A DNA stretch of 63,661 nt, the filler included. It is 5 parts of 5 records of this genome, joined end to end, with 100 filler letters (N's around TTAATTAATTAA, not from the genome) between each part and the next. Parts side by side here need not be neighbours in the genome. Positions count along the whole stretch, not along the records: positions 43,847 to 58,002 come from DRR723986_11976; positions 58,103 to 63,661 come from DRR723986_12516; 3 more parts are not named here. One strand, given 5' to 3'. A program made the translations under genes and the position numbers. The notes under the pieces were generated by a model, which saw only the letters and a program-made list of their open reading frames with translations, did not search any database and was not told the origin of the DNA. Of the stretch, positions 50,140 to 62,122 are shown piece by piece; the stretch's first letter is position 1; every line of letters starts with the position of its first letter.

Positions 50140-52047
50140 ATGAAATATTTTTTAACAACCCTTTTAATTGCTTTAGCTTTAACTGTTAATGCTCAAAATT
50201 ATGTTGAGCACAAAGTAGAAGCAGGAGAAACTATTGAATCAATAGCTAAGAAATATCTGGTTACTCCTTTTGATATTTTTGCGTTAAATCCAGATGCAAA
50301 ATCAAAATTTCAGCCAAATATGGTTCTCATTATTCCTAAGTCTAAAGTGAAAAATGCCTCTATTCAAGAAGAATCTAGAGAACTTATTGGTTATAAAAAT
50401 CATAAAGTTAAAAGAAAGGAAACATTATTTGGTTTAGCCAAAAAATATAATGTCTCTGAGGATGAAATTAAAAAAGCAAATCGATTTTTGTATTCAGAGA
50501 ACTTAAGAAAAGGTGATAAGATAAGAATACCGAAGTATAGAACCATTATATCTAAACAAACTTTAAATAATACTGTTAAAAAATATACGGTTCAACCGAA
50601 AGAAGGGAAATGGAGGATAGCCTATAAGTTTGGGACTACAGTTGCTGAGCTCGAAGCATTAAATCCAAAAATGAATGATGTCATTCAACCTGGAGATAAG
50701 TTAAATGTTCCGAATATTAACGATAAAGAAGAAAAGTCAATTGAGTCTCAATACGGCTATTACGAAGTTTTACCTAAAGAGGGATTTTACAGACTAAAGG
50801 TAAAGTTAGGATTAACACAGGAACAATTAGAAATGCTAAATCCTGAGTTGAAGGAAACTGGATTAAAAGCCGGTATGGTTCTTAAAATCCCTGCGTCGGC
50901 AGAGAATACTAATGGTGGTCTTTCACAAGTTGAGACAACACGCTTAACCTCGAGTATTAAAAATTACGAAACGAAGAAAATTGCACTAATGATGCCTTAC
51001 AGGTTACACAGAATCGAAACAGATTCAGTGAGTGATGCAAAGGAGATGATAAAGAAAGATAAGTTGCTATCCATAGTATTAGATTTTCATGTAGGTGTTG
51101 TTATGGCACTAGATTCGGCTAAACGATTAGGACTTTCCACAGATTTAAAAGTTTTAGATACAAAATATCAAGCGTCTACTACATCCCAATTATTGAAAGA
51201 AAATGATTTGTCTGATTATGATGCCGTTATCGGACCAATGGAAGATAAGTGCTTTGATAGAGTAGCTTCTTCCTTAAAAGGAGATAGAGTTCCTGTAATT
51301 GCAGCATTGAATAAACCAGCAGAGTTATATAGTAATGTTTTTCAAACAATACCAGATAACAAATTACTAAAAAACGCAATGATTGATTTTGTGAAGGCTG
51401 ATAGTTTAAAATCTAAAGTTGTAATAATATCAGATCAGGCACATAGAAGTACCAATAATCTTTTAAAGGAGAAATTTCCAGAGGCACATCAAATATTTTC
51501 AAGAAAAATTAAGAAGACAGGAAAAGATGGTTTCTTTATTTACCCGCAAGATTTAGAAAATGTATTTGAGCCTGGTAGAACCGTAGTATTTCTTGAAACT
51601 AAAAGCAACCCATTTGCATCAAGTGTTATTAGTATGCTCAATGGTTTGGTAGCCAATAAGATTGAAATTGTATTGGTAACTTTAGATAAAAATAAAGCAT
51701 TTGAAGGAAAGGATATCGATAACAATAACTTATCAAATCTTAATTTTCATTATCCTTCAGTTCATAAAGAATTTGATGCTGTTAGAGCGGATGGATTTGT
51801 TAAAGCCTACAGAAAAGCATATGGTATTTCGCCAAGTAAATATGCTTCAAGAGGATTTGATATAACTCTTGATATCTTGTTAAGATTAGCAGCTGAAGAA
51901 GATTTATACAAGGCTTCTGGTGAGATGATAGAAACGGAATACGTAGAGAATAAATTTAGATACAATAAAACAATATTTGGCGGTTACAAAAATGAAGCTG
52001 TTTATATTGTTAAATATGACAACTTAAGAATAATCAAAGCAAAATAA
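50140..52047 (+). CDS. LysM repeat + periplasmic-binding-protein-like domain protein
   Basis: About four LysM repeats (HKVEAGETI, HKVKRKETL, YTVQPKEG, YEVLPKEG); C-terminal IALMMPY, IGP and GFD motifs. Confidence 0.88.
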   Translation: MKYFLTTLLIALALTVNAQNYVEHKVEAGETIESIAKKYLVTPFDIFALNPDAKSKFQPNMVLIIPKSKVKNASIQEESRELIGYKNHKVKRKETLFGLAKKYNVSEDEIKKANRFLYSENLRKGDKIRIPKYRTIISKQTLNNTVKKYTVQPKEGKWRIAYKFGTTVAELEALNPKMNDVIQPGDKLNVPNINDKEEKSIESQYGYYEVLPKEGFYRLKVKLGLTQEQLEMLNPELKETGLKAGMVLKIPASAENTNGGLSQVETTRLTSSIKNYETKKIALMMPYRLHRIETDSVSDAKEMIKKDKLLSIVLDFHVGVVMALDSAKRLGLSTDLKVLDTKYQASTTSQLLKENDLSDYDAVIGPMEDKCFDRVASSLKGDRVPVIAALNKPAELYSNVFQTIPDNKLLKNAMIDFVKADSLKSKVVIISDQAHRSTNNLLKEKFPEAHQIFSRKIKKTGKDGFFIYPQDLENVFEPGRTVVFLETKSNPFASSVISMLNGLVANKIEIVLVTLDKNKAFEGKDIDNNNLSNLNFHYPSVHKEFDAVRADGFVKAYRKAYGISPSKYASRGFDITLDILLRLAAEEDLYKASGEMIETEYVENKFRYNKTIFGGYKNEAVYIVKYDNLRIIKAK

Positions 52048-52448
52048 TGACTTCTAAAGTAACCTATCTCGGAGATTTAAGAGCAGAAAGTGTTCATGTA
52101 AAATCTCAAAATTCGTTTATAACAGATGCTCCGTTAGACAATAATGGTAAAGGAGAAGCGTTTTCTCCTACAGATACTGTCGCTACAGGATTAGCAAGCT
52201 GTATGCTAACGGTTATGGGTATAAAAGCTAAGCAAATGGAAATTGATATGTCTGGTACAACCGCTGAGGTTACAAAAACAATGGCGAGTGATCCCAGACG
52301 TATTTCAAAAATTAAAGTTGTACTTAGTTTTCCATTTACGGCAGATGCTAAAACCAGAAAGATTTTAGAACATACAGCAAATAAATGCCCTGTGCACTAC
52401 AGTTTGCATCCAGATATTGAGAAGGATGTTACGTTTAACTGGCAATAA
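52047..52448 (+). CDS. OsmC family protein
   Basis: TDAPLDNNGKGEAFSPTD, LASC, KCPVHYSL. Confidence 0.92.
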   Translation: MTSKVTYLGDLRAESVHVKSQNSFITDAPLDNNGKGEAFSPTDTVATGLASCMLTVMGIKAKQMEIDMSGTTAEVTKTMASDPRRISKIKVVLSFPFTADAKTRKILEHTANKCPVHYSLHPDIEKDVTFNWQ

Positions 52449-52454
52449 CTAAAA

Positions 52455-52994
52455 TTGAGAACTCTATTTATTTGTTTGGTATTTCTGTTCATTGGTAGTA
52501 ATTCTAATGAAGAGACACTATCTTGGAGTGAAAACAGAAAAGTGACTTGGGCAGATTTTAAGGCAGCTCCTAATGACGGAATGGAAGCCGTAGCACTAAC
52601 AGCTTCAGGTATTACTTTCGGCTATTCTTTAAAAACATCTGGTAAACGTATCATAGACTTTAATACCTCTGTTGAAGCTCATTTTTACCCGAATAAATCC
52701 TGGTATTTAAAAGATAGAAGTAATGATTACATTTTGCAACATGAACAGTTACATTTTGATATTACAGAATTGTACGCAAGAATGTTTAGACAACAACTAG
52801 AGCGTCTGGAGGTAAATCAGAATTTAAAAGAACAAATCAGTAGATTACATACGGCCATTAATGAGGCTGTAAATGAAACTCAAAAAAGATACGATGCACA
52901 AACCAATCATTCCATAAATGAAGACATGCAAAATCAATGGAATGTATTTATCCAAAAAGAACTAATAAAATATAGTAAATACAAGTCTCAATAA
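52455..52994 (+). CDS. DUF922-like putative Zn-dependent protease
   Basis: TWADF, LQHEQLHFDITE (HExxH), YDAQTNH; TTG start. Confidence 0.8.
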   Translation: MRTLFICLVFLFIGSNSNEETLSWSENRKVTWADFKAAPNDGMEAVALTASGITFGYSLKTSGKRIIDFNTSVEAHFYPNKSWYLKDRSNDYILQHEQLHFDITELYARMFRQQLERLEVNQNLKEQISRLHTAINEAVNETQKRYDAQTNHSINEDMQNQWNVFIQKELIKYSKYKSQ

Positions 52995-52995
52995 A

Positions 52996-53226
52996 TTGGA
53001 GGGAAGTAAAGAAGCACTTATTGAATTAGCCCATTACAAAATGCCTTTCGGAAAATACAAAGGTGAATATTTGGTTGATATTCCTGAATACTACTATACT
53101 TGGTTTAAGCAAAAAGGTTTCCCTGAGGGAAAACTCGGGAGAATGATGACGCAAATGTATGATGTAAAAATCAATGGGTTAGAAGAGTTGATTTACAGAA
53201 TAAAGCGAGATTTTACAAAGAATTAG
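52996..53226 (+). CDS. DUF3820 family protein
   Basis: MPFGKYKG...DIPEYY..WF...GFPEGKLG...KINGLE. Confidence 0.88.
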   Translation: MEGSKEALIELAHYKMPFGKYKGEYLVDIPEYYYTWFKQKGFPEGKLGRMMTQMYDVKINGLEELIYRIKRDFTKN

Positions 53227-53410
53227 CCTGTCTTATTCTAATAAAGTCGCATCATTTTTTTGTAATTATATAGCAAATTTTATAAGCAACACTGTCATTA
53301 CACCTCAAAAAATAGTATTTATAGTAAGTGAAAAACCTTCATCTTTTAAAAGACTTAAACTAACATATTAACAAACCATAAACAATTCTATATTTACTCG
53401 TTTTATTTTG

Positions 53411-53418
53411 TAAATTTG
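53411..53418 (+). promoter_or_regulatory. Bacteroidetes -7 promoter element (TAnnTTTG) of pyrG
   Basis: TAAATTTG ending 20 nt upstream of the ATG. Confidence 0.65.
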
Positions 53419-53429
53419 CCTGCGTTTAA

Positions 53430-55055
<1,626 letters not shown>

Positions 55056-55143
55056 TGTGTCACTTTGGCGCAATTTATAATTTTGGATAGCTTTTTGGGT
55101 TATCACATGCATTAATCAGAGTACCGTAGTAACGGCAAATTAT

Positions 55144-57051
55144 ATGGAAGAAAAGAAACTCGATATCAATTCAATAATAGGATTCGTTTTAATATTCGGA
55201 ATCTTGTTATACATAATGTATCAAAATCAGCCTTCACCAGAAGAAATTGAAGCGCAGAAAAAGGCAGAACAAGAACAAGTTGAAGCAGAACGTAAGACGA
55301 GTAAGCAAAACGAAGCAATTATATCTACGGCAGAGGACTATACCAATACTTCAAGCTTAGATTCTACACAGCAAGTAGTCCTTCAAAATAAACTTGGAGC
55401 TTTTGCATATGCTTTATCACAACCAACAACTGGTGATCAAACTACGGTTTCAACTGATGTCTTCGACCTTAAATTCAATCATAAAGGAGGACATCTAGCT
55501 GAAGTTAAATTAAAGCAATTTGTAGACTATGATTCAGTACCTATCTATATGGTACAAAATGATAATAGTGCTTTTAATATCAATTTTGGTACATCAGATA
55601 ATAGAATTTTAAATACACAAGATCTTCCATTTCAGCCAACGGTTTCTAAAAGTGGTGATAATACAGTTGTATCTATGAAACTTAAGGTTTCAGAATCAGC
55701 TTATTTAGAATACCGCTATGAGTTAAAGCCTAACGATTATATGATTGATTTTTCAATTAAATCTCAAGGCTTAAGTGGTGTTTTTAATACATCGCAACCA
55801 CTTGTTTTAGATTGGAAACAAAAAGGTATCAGACATGCTAAGAGTATTAGTTATGAGAATAGATATACGAGATTAACTTATATGCACGACGAGGATCGTA
55901 TAGAAAAGTTAGGTCAGATGGGAGATGATGATGAGGTTATTAATTATGTAGAATGGTTATCTTACCGTCAGCATTTCTTTAGTTCTATATTAGTGGCGAA
56001 CGATAAGCCATTTAAAAAAGCAGAAATAACATCTCAAAACCTAGTCGAAGACGAAGAAGTAGATACCTTATTTACCAAATTATATACCTCTAAAATTCCT
56101 TTAGCTTTTAGTGGTGGTGAAATTAATAAGGATCTTGGTTTGTATTATGGACCAACAGATGCCAAAACGCTCAAATCCTATGATAAAAATTTAGAAGAGA
56201 GTATTCCGTTTGGTTGGGGAATTTTTGGCTGGATAAATAAAGCCATTTTCATTCCATTATTCGGATGGTTAAGTGGTATGCTTCCATATGGTATTGCAAT
56301 TATTGTAATGACCATTTTGGTTAAAATTATGCTATCATTTGTGCAGTATAAGCAATTTATGTCTCAGGCAAAAATGAAAATTTTAAAGCCAGAGTTAGAT
56401 GCCATTAGAGCCAAGTATAAGGACAACAAGTTAAAAGCACAACAAGAAACTATGGCATTGCAAAGCAAAGCTGGTGCTAGTCCACTAAGTGGATGTTTAC
56501 CAGGTTTAATGCAAATTCCAGTATTCTATGCGCTATTTATGTTTTTCCCAACGGCATTTGATTTACGTCAGAAAAGTTTCCTTTGGGTAGACGATTTAAG
56601 TTCGTATGACTCTATTGCAGACTTACCATTTAATATTCCATTTTACGGTGATCATGTCGCTTTATTTCCAATATTAGCCGCTATTGCGATCTTCTTTTAC
56701 ATGAAAATGACTACAGGTCAGCAAATGGCACAACAGCCAACGCAAGAAGGTATGCCAGATATGGGTAAAATGATGAAATACATGATTTATTTCTCACCAT
56801 TATTAATGTTGGTATTCTTTAACAATTACGCTTCAGGTTTAAGTTTATACTATTTTATTTCTAACTTAATTAGTATTGGTATTATGTTAGTGATTAAAAA
56901 CTACATTATCGACGAAGAAAAAGTATTGGCAAAAATTGAAGTGAGTAAGAGTAAGCCTAAGAAACAAAACAGATTTCAGAAGAAAATGGCTGAAATGATG
57001 GAGCAAGCTGAACAGCAAAAGCAAGCGCAACAAAAGGGCAAGAGAAAATAA
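55144..57051 (+). CDS. yidC: Membrane protein insertase YidC
   Basis: N-terminal TM, periplasmic domain, YGIAIIVMTILVK, GCLP...QIPVF, FLWVDDLS, GLSLYY. Confidence 0.97.
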   Translation: MEEKKLDINSIIGFVLIFGILLYIMYQNQPSPEEIEAQKKAEQEQVEAERKTSKQNEAIISTAEDYTNTSSLDSTQQVVLQNKLGAFAYALSQPTTGDQTTVSTDVFDLKFNHKGGHLAEVKLKQFVDYDSVPIYMVQNDNSAFNINFGTSDNRILNTQDLPFQPTVSKSGDNTVVSMKLKVSESAYLEYRYELKPNDYMIDFSIKSQGLSGVFNTSQPLVLDWKQKGIRHAKSISYENRYTRLTYMHDEDRIEKLGQMGDDDEVINYVEWLSYRQHFFSSILVANDKPFKKAEITSQNLVEDEEVDTLFTKLYTSKIPLAFSGGEINKDLGLYYGPTDAKTLKSYDKNLEESIPFGWGIFGWINKAIFIPLFGWLSGMLPYGIAIIVMTILVKIMLSFVQYKQFMSQAKMKILKPELDAIRAKYKDNKLKAQQETMALQSKAGASPLSGCLPGLMQIPVFYALFMFFPTAFDLRQKSFLWVDDLSSYDSIADLPFNIPFYGDHVALFPILAAIAIFFYMKMTTGQQMAQQPTQEGMPDMGKMMKYMIYFSPLLMLVFFNNYASGLSLYYFISNLISIGIMLVIKNYIIDEEKVLAKIEVSKSKPKKQNRFQKKMAEMMEQAEQQKQAQQKGKRK

Positions 57052-57078
57052 ATCTTTTAGTAGTATAATATAATTATG

Positions 57079-57106
57079 AAGCCTTAGTTTTTACTAAGGC
57101 TTTTTT
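57079..57106 (+). terminator. Intrinsic terminator after yidC
   Basis: AAGCCTTAGT-TTTT-ACTAAGGCTT stem followed by a T-run. Confidence 0.85.
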
Positions 57107-57147
57107 CATGGTTAATTTTAGTGTATAATCCATAAAACGTTAAAAGC

Positions 57148-57558
57148 TTGCTTCGTAAATTGAGATATAATTTAAAAAAGGATAAGGTTCAGAGATTGGT
57201 ATATGGTCTGGCCATTATACTCTTAATATGTTTTAGATCTCAGTACGTAATTGATACAATTAATTATCCAGACTATGCAGAGGCATTTTGGCATGTATTT
57301 TTACCATCAATATTACTAGTGCTTCAAGTTCTGTTTAATAGACTGTTTCTTTGGATATTAATGCTGTTGTATGTAACAGCCTTTAGTTTATATATGATTT
57401 GGACTGTAATTTCATTAGATCTTTTAATAGACTATCAGAGAGATTATTCACCAATACCATTATGGACAATGGAGCGTGTTGGTCACTGGCTAGTAATACT
57501 ACTGTCATTATTTGTTATAAATTGGATAGTTTGGAATCTTAAACCTACCAGGAGGTAA
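57148..57558 (+). CDS. Hypothetical multi-pass membrane protein
   Basis: 136-aa ORF with about four hydrophobic segments; TTG start. Confidence 0.6.
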   Translation: MLRKLRYNLKKDKVQRLVYGLAIILLICFRSQYVIDTINYPDYAEAFWHVFLPSILLVLQVLFNRLFLWILMLLYVTAFSLYMIWTVISLDLLIDYQRDYSPIPLWTMERVGHWLVILLSLFVINWIVWNLKPTRR

Positions 57559-57589
57559 GTACAGGCAGAATCTTATTTAAATATACGGT

Positions 57590-57620
57590 AAAAGAAAAAC
57601 CCAGACTCTCGTCTGGGTTT
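57590..57620 (-). terminator. Intrinsic terminator for the fasciclin gene (possibly bidirectional)
   Basis: AAACCCAGAC-TCTC-GTCTGGGTTT stem with T-rich tail on the minus strand, between convergent genes. Confidence 0.75.
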
Positions 57621-57676
57621 CTACTAACTAAATCAATCAATATAAAAATGAGGTAATCAGCCTCGACTTTTAAGTT

Positions 57677-58002
57677 TTATAGAGCAGGTAATATTACTGT
57701 ATCGATAGCATGTACAACACCGTTAATTGCTTGGATGTTCACTAAAGATGTGATAATATTGATAACTCTGTCATTAGGATCTGTTAAATTAAATGCGGTA
57801 TTATCTGCAGTTAATTCAGCACCCAAAGTTGCTACTGGTCCGTTTGGTAAACCACTAGACTGTATGTTTCCACTAACAATATGACTTAATAATACAGCAT
57901 CAGTAGTAGCTGCATTTAATTCTCCTTCACCTTCACCAAATCCTGTTAAATCTAATTCTGCTAATACATTTACAAAAGCATCATTTGTTGGTGCAAATAC
58001 TG
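57677..58002 (-). CDS. Fasciclin (FAS1) domain protein, 3' end (5' truncated; absent from the ORF track)
   Basis: Manual translation: VFAPTNDAF...VLLSHIV...NGVVHAIDTVILPAL*. Confidence 0.9.
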
Positions 58003-58102
58003 NNNNNNNNNNNNNNNNNNNNNNNNNNNNNNNNNNNNNNNNNNNNTTAATTAATTAANNNNNNNNNNNNNNNNNNNNNNNNNNNNNNNNNNNNNNNNNN
58101 NN
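58003..58102. other. Artificial contig spacer
   Basis: N44-TTAATTAATTAA-N44. Confidence 0.98.
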
Positions 58103-58313
<211 letters not shown>

Positions 58314-58423
58314 CGCCCCTTCGACCGGGTGGGAACCGCCCTCCCGGTCACGCCATTATGGGTTGCAATGCCATAGCTCAGAACCGATGCTGACGTGAAT
58401 TTCATCAGTCGGGCGTTATTTCC

Positions 58424-59443
58424 ATGAAACATTTGATCGTTGCCCTTTTCCTTTTCGCCGGTGTCACCCAAGCCACCGCAACCCCCGTAGACGTGACTGT
58501 TCAAGGCCCTGCGGGGCAGCTGGCCGGAACGATCGAAACCCCACAAACCCCGTCCCTCGCGGCGGCGCTGATCCTGCCCGGCTCCGGCCCGACCGACCGC
58601 GATGGCAACAATCCAATGGGGCTGTTTGCGGCAAGCTACCGGTTGCTGGCCGAGGATCTCGCCGCCGAGGGCATCACAAGCCTGCGCTTTGACAAGCGGG
58701 GCATTGGCGCAAGCCAGGGCGATCCCAACGACGTGACCCTTTCAGAATACGCCGAGGATGCCACGGTCTGGATAGCGGAACTTCTCCGCCAGAGCGAACA
58801 GGCCTGCGTCTGGCTTTTGGGCCATTCCGAAGGGGCGATCATCGCCACGATGCTGGCGGAACGCGACGACGTCTGCGGCATCGCTCTTCTCGCGGCACCG
58901 GGGCGCAATGTCGGCGATCTGTTTCGCGAACAGGTTGCCTCTCAACCGCTTATCGCGCCTTCCGCAGAAGCGTTTGATATCGCGCTGGAGGAGTTTGCAG
59001 CCGGCGGCACCCCCGACCTCTCCGGCTTGCATCCGGGCCTTCACGCTCTCTTTGCGCCGCAAACGGCACGCTACATGCGCGATCTGATTGCCGCCGACCC
59101 CGGTCAACTTCTGGCCGCGACAACCGCGCCTGTACTCATCATACATGGTGATGGCGACGTGCAGGCCCCGCCCTCCGAAGCCGACCCCCTGATTGCCGCG
59201 CGCCCGGACGCCGAAGCGCATGTTCTCAGCGGCATGACCCATGTGCTCAAACGCGCCATCCCCCGTAATGAGGCACCCAGCAATGAGGTCTTCACTCAAG
59301 CGAGCCTCGCCACCTATGCGGATCCGAACGCACCGCTGCATGCTGGCCTCATCCCGCTGCTGACACAGTTTCTGACCGGCAGCCCGCCGATAGAGGCCAC
59401 CCCCGCGCAGCCTCCCGCACCGGTGCAATCCGACACCAAGTGA
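58424..59443 (+). CDS. Secreted alpha/beta hydrolase
   Basis: GSGPTDRDGN, RFDKRG, GHSEG, HGDGDVQ, MTH. Confidence 0.9.
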   Translation: MKHLIVALFLFAGVTQATATPVDVTVQGPAGQLAGTIETPQTPSLAAALILPGSGPTDRDGNNPMGLFAASYRLLAEDLAAEGITSLRFDKRGIGASQGDPNDVTLSEYAEDATVWIAELLRQSEQACVWLLGHSEGAIIATMLAERDDVCGIALLAAPGRNVGDLFREQVASQPLIAPSAEAFDIALEEFAAGGTPDLSGLHPGLHALFAPQTARYMRDLIAADPGQLLAATTAPVLIIHGDGDVQAPPSEADPLIAARPDAEAHVLSGMTHVLKRAIPRNEAPSNEVFTQASLATYADPNAPLHAGLIPLLTQFLTGSPPIEATPAQPPAPVQSDTK

Positions 59444-59476
59444 AGTCGGAGCCCAGAAACGAAAGGACACGCCCCA

Positions 59477-59929
59477 ATGCCGACCCTGACCCGTTCTATC
59501 GCCCTCATCAGCGTGGTTTCCATGGCCACCGCTGCCCTCGCCCACCAGAACGTTCACAACCCGGCGGTGCAGGCGCGGATGGACAACATGACCGCCCTTG
59601 CCCGACAGGTCGAGGTACTTGGCACCATGGCGCGTGGCGAAACCGTCTTCGATGCAATGGCCGCCAACGCTGCGCTTGACCGGATATCGGGACAGGCCAA
59701 TCGAATCGTCGATCTGTTCGAGGCCCCCGAAACCGATCCGCAATCCGAAGCGCGGGCAGGCATCTGGGAGAACTTCGCCAATTTCAGCGGTCGGGCGCAG
59801 GAATTGGAGCTTTTGGCGATGGAACTGGCAGGCTCGGTCGAGGATCGCGAAACCCTGCTGACCGCGCTGCGCCGGGTCGGCGCCACGTGCAGCGGCTGTC
59901 ACGAGGATTACCGCCTCAATCGCGATTGA
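59477..59929 (+). CDS. Cytochrome c' (class II cytochrome c)
   Basis: Signal peptide; A..IWENF motif; C-terminal CSGCH. Confidence 0.9.
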   Translation: MPTLTRSIALISVVSMATAALAHQNVHNPAVQARMDNMTALARQVEVLGTMARGETVFDAMAANAALDRISGQANRIVDLFEAPETDPQSEARAGIWENFANFSGRAQELELLAMELAGSVEDRETLLTALRRVGATCSGCHEDYRLNRD

Positions 59930-59960
59930 CAATCGGCGCGCACGGGCGCACCCCCCGCCC

Positions 59961-60851
59961 ATGGCCCCGTCACACAATCCGCCCCTTGCTGTCGCCTTGA
60001 TGCTGACCGCCACGCTGTTCATCGCGGGGTCCATGCTGATGGCCAAACTGTTGGGCACAGACACGCTCGGCCCCGCGTTGCATCCATTGCAGGTCAGCCA
60101 TGGACGGTTCCTGTTTGCGTTTATATTGATCGGCAGCACCGTGGCCGTGATGCGCCCGACGCTAGGCCTGTCGAACCTCCGCATCCATATTGGCCGCACG
60201 CTATGTGGTTGGATCGGCGTGTCGCTGATGTTTGCGGCTGTGGCCTTCATTCCAATGGCCGATGCCACCGCGATCAGCTTTCTCAACCCGGTCTTCGGCA
60301 TGATGCTGGCAATCCCGCTTCTGGGCGAAACCGTCGGCCGTGTCCGATGGTCCGCAGCCGCGATTGCGCTTGTGGGGGCGCTGGTGCTGCTGCGCCCCAC
60401 ACCCGACAGCTTTCAGCCCGCCGCGCTGCTGGCACTCGGGGCGGCGATGGCCCTCGGTCTGGAGCTGATTTTCATCAAGAAGCTCTCGGGCCGCGAACGG
60501 CCACTGGCGATCCTTTTCATCAACAACGCGCTCGGGCTGATCGTGGCCAGCATCGCCGTTGTCTTCGTCTGGCAGATGCCGACACCGGCGCAATGGGCGG
60601 CCCTTCTTGGTGTTGGCGGAACGATGGCCTGCGCGCAGGCCTGTTTCGTCAATGCCGTCGCCCGCGCCGATGCCAGTTTCGTAACCCCGTTTTCCTACCT
60701 CACTCTTGTCGTTGCGGCTGTCTATGACCGTCTGATTTTCGGTGTGCGCCCCGATGCGGTCAGTATCTCGGGCGCGTGCATCATCATCGCAGGCGCCGCC
60801 CTGCTGGCCTGGCGCGAGGCCCGACGCCCAAGATCCCCGCACGAGGCATGA
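59961..60851 (+). CDS. DMT/EamA family transporter
   Basis: About ten TMs; ADATAISF, LGETVG...RW, LRP, ADAS motifs. Confidence 0.9.
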   Translation: MAPSHNPPLAVALMLTATLFIAGSMLMAKLLGTDTLGPALHPLQVSHGRFLFAFILIGSTVAVMRPTLGLSNLRIHIGRTLCGWIGVSLMFAAVAFIPMADATAISFLNPVFGMMLAIPLLGETVGRVRWSAAAIALVGALVLLRPTPDSFQPAALLALGAAMALGLELIFIKKLSGRERPLAILFINNALGLIVASIAVVFVWQMPTPAQWAALLGVGGTMACAQACFVNAVARADASFVTPFSYLTLVVAAVYDRLIFGVRPDAVSISGACIIIAGAALLAWREARRPRSPHEA

Positions 60852-60939
60852 GAATTCGCTGCGCCGGGCCTTCCCTTCCGTGCGCCGGGCACATATAACT
60901 GAACGCTGCACTTGTGGCTAAGGATCAGGAGGGACACAG

Positions 60940-61527
60940 ATGTCCTGGACCGACGAGCGGGTCGAACTTCTCAAGAAGATGTGGGGCGAGGGGCAATCAG
61001 CGTCTCAGATCGCCAAGGAACTGGGCGGCGTGACCCGGAATGCCGTGATTGGCAAGGTACACCGCCTTGGCCTGTCCAACCGCACGACTGGCGGCGCCGC
61101 CAAGGCCGCGGCCTCGGCGAAAGAGGCCACGCCCAAGCCAGCGCCCAAACCGGCAGACCCCGCACCCAAACCGGAACCCGTCAAGGCCGACAAGCCGGAA
61201 CCGGCCCCGGAACCCGCCACGCGGCCCACCAACGTGACACCGTTGCGCAAGCCCATCGTGCCCGCCGGTCAGCCGCTGCCACCGCAGCCCTCGGCCAATG
61301 AGATCAGCCCCGAAGCGCTGGCAAAGGTGCGCGAAGTCGAAAGCCACGCCAAGCGCATCAGCCTTATGGAACTGACCGAGCGGACCTGCAAATGGCCCAT
61401 CGGCGACCCGGCGACAGATGATTTCTATTTCTGTGGCCTGCCTGTTCAGCAGGGCAAACCCTATTGCGAGGCACATGTGGGCGTAGCGTTCCAACCCATG
61501 TCTTCGCGTCGCGACCGTCGCCGTTGA
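60940..61527 (+). CDS. gcrA: GcrA cell-cycle regulator
   Basis: MSWTDERVELLKKMW, VTRNAVIGKVHRLGL, CKWPIGDP, FCG, PYCEAH. Confidence 0.96.
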   Translation: MSWTDERVELLKKMWGEGQSASQIAKELGGVTRNAVIGKVHRLGLSNRTTGGAAKAAASAKEATPKPAPKPADPAPKPEPVKADKPEPAPEPATRPTNVTPLRKPIVPAGQPLPPQPSANEISPEALAKVREVESHAKRISLMELTERTCKWPIGDPATDDFYFCGLPVQQGKPYCEAHVGVAFQPMSSRRDRRR

Positions 61528-61542
61528 CGCGGTGCAAGGCAC

Positions 61543-61642
61543 CAAAAATCTTGCCTCAAGATTTTTGTGACCCAATCAGAATTTTGGATCAAAATTCTGC
61601 GGCTGACGACCAAGACTTTTGATCCAAAAGTCTTGGTCGTCA
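61543..61642. repeat. Cluster of three related perfect palindromes between convergent genes
   Basis: Stems of 11, 10 and 18 bp, each with a 3-nt loop, at 61543-61567, 61577-61599 and 61604-61642. Confidence 0.85.
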
Positions 61643-62119
61643 CCGGCAGCCACGCATCTCGCGCTCGGCCAGGCCGGTTTCGACCAGCATGCAGCGATCC
61701 CGTGCCTCGTAGTAATAGCCACGCGCATAGCGCATGATCGCCCCGTCAAAATCGCCGCCTGACAGCAGGTAGGCGCCGCGCAGGTACTTTACCCCCCATC
61801 TCAGGTTTTGATCCGGGTCCAGCAACTCCGACGCCGCACCGCGATGTCCCATCGTGCGGGCGGTTTCCGGCAGCATCTGCAAAAGCCCATAATATGGCCC
61901 GGCGCGCAGATGCGGACGGTAGTCGCTTTCGCGGTCGATCAATCGGTGGATCAGCGCCGCAGGCACATCATACAGATCCGCATAGTGATTGATCAGACGC
62001 CGCAACTCGGGCGTTTCATTGGGGTAGAGCGGCGGGTCGCCACGCCGCGTTTCAGGCCCTTGCATCGTACCGCCACAGGCGGTCAGGAACAGGACCAGTC
62101 CGATCATCACCCAGCGCAT
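61640..62119 (-). CDS. Lytic transglycosylase (SLT domain) lipoprotein
   Basis: Lipobox LTAC; catalytic RES motif; GLLQMLPETAR; DPDQNLRWGVKYL. Confidence 0.9.
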   Translation of the reverse strand: MRWVMIGLVLFLTACGGTMQGPETRRGDPPLYPNETPELRRLINHYADLYDVPAALIHRLIDRESDYRPHLRAGPYYGLLQMLPETARTMGHRGAASELLDPDQNLRWGVKYLRGAYLLSGGDFDGAIMRYARGYYYEARDRCMLVETGLAEREMRGCR

Positions 62120-62122
62120 CGG

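Noticed and set aside
58742..60400. 552-aa minus-strand ORF
   Set aside because: Antisense to three well-supported genes
61543..61642. Palindrome cluster as a mini-CRISPR
   Set aside because: Units are not identical, gaps are only 4-9 nt, and there are no cas genes
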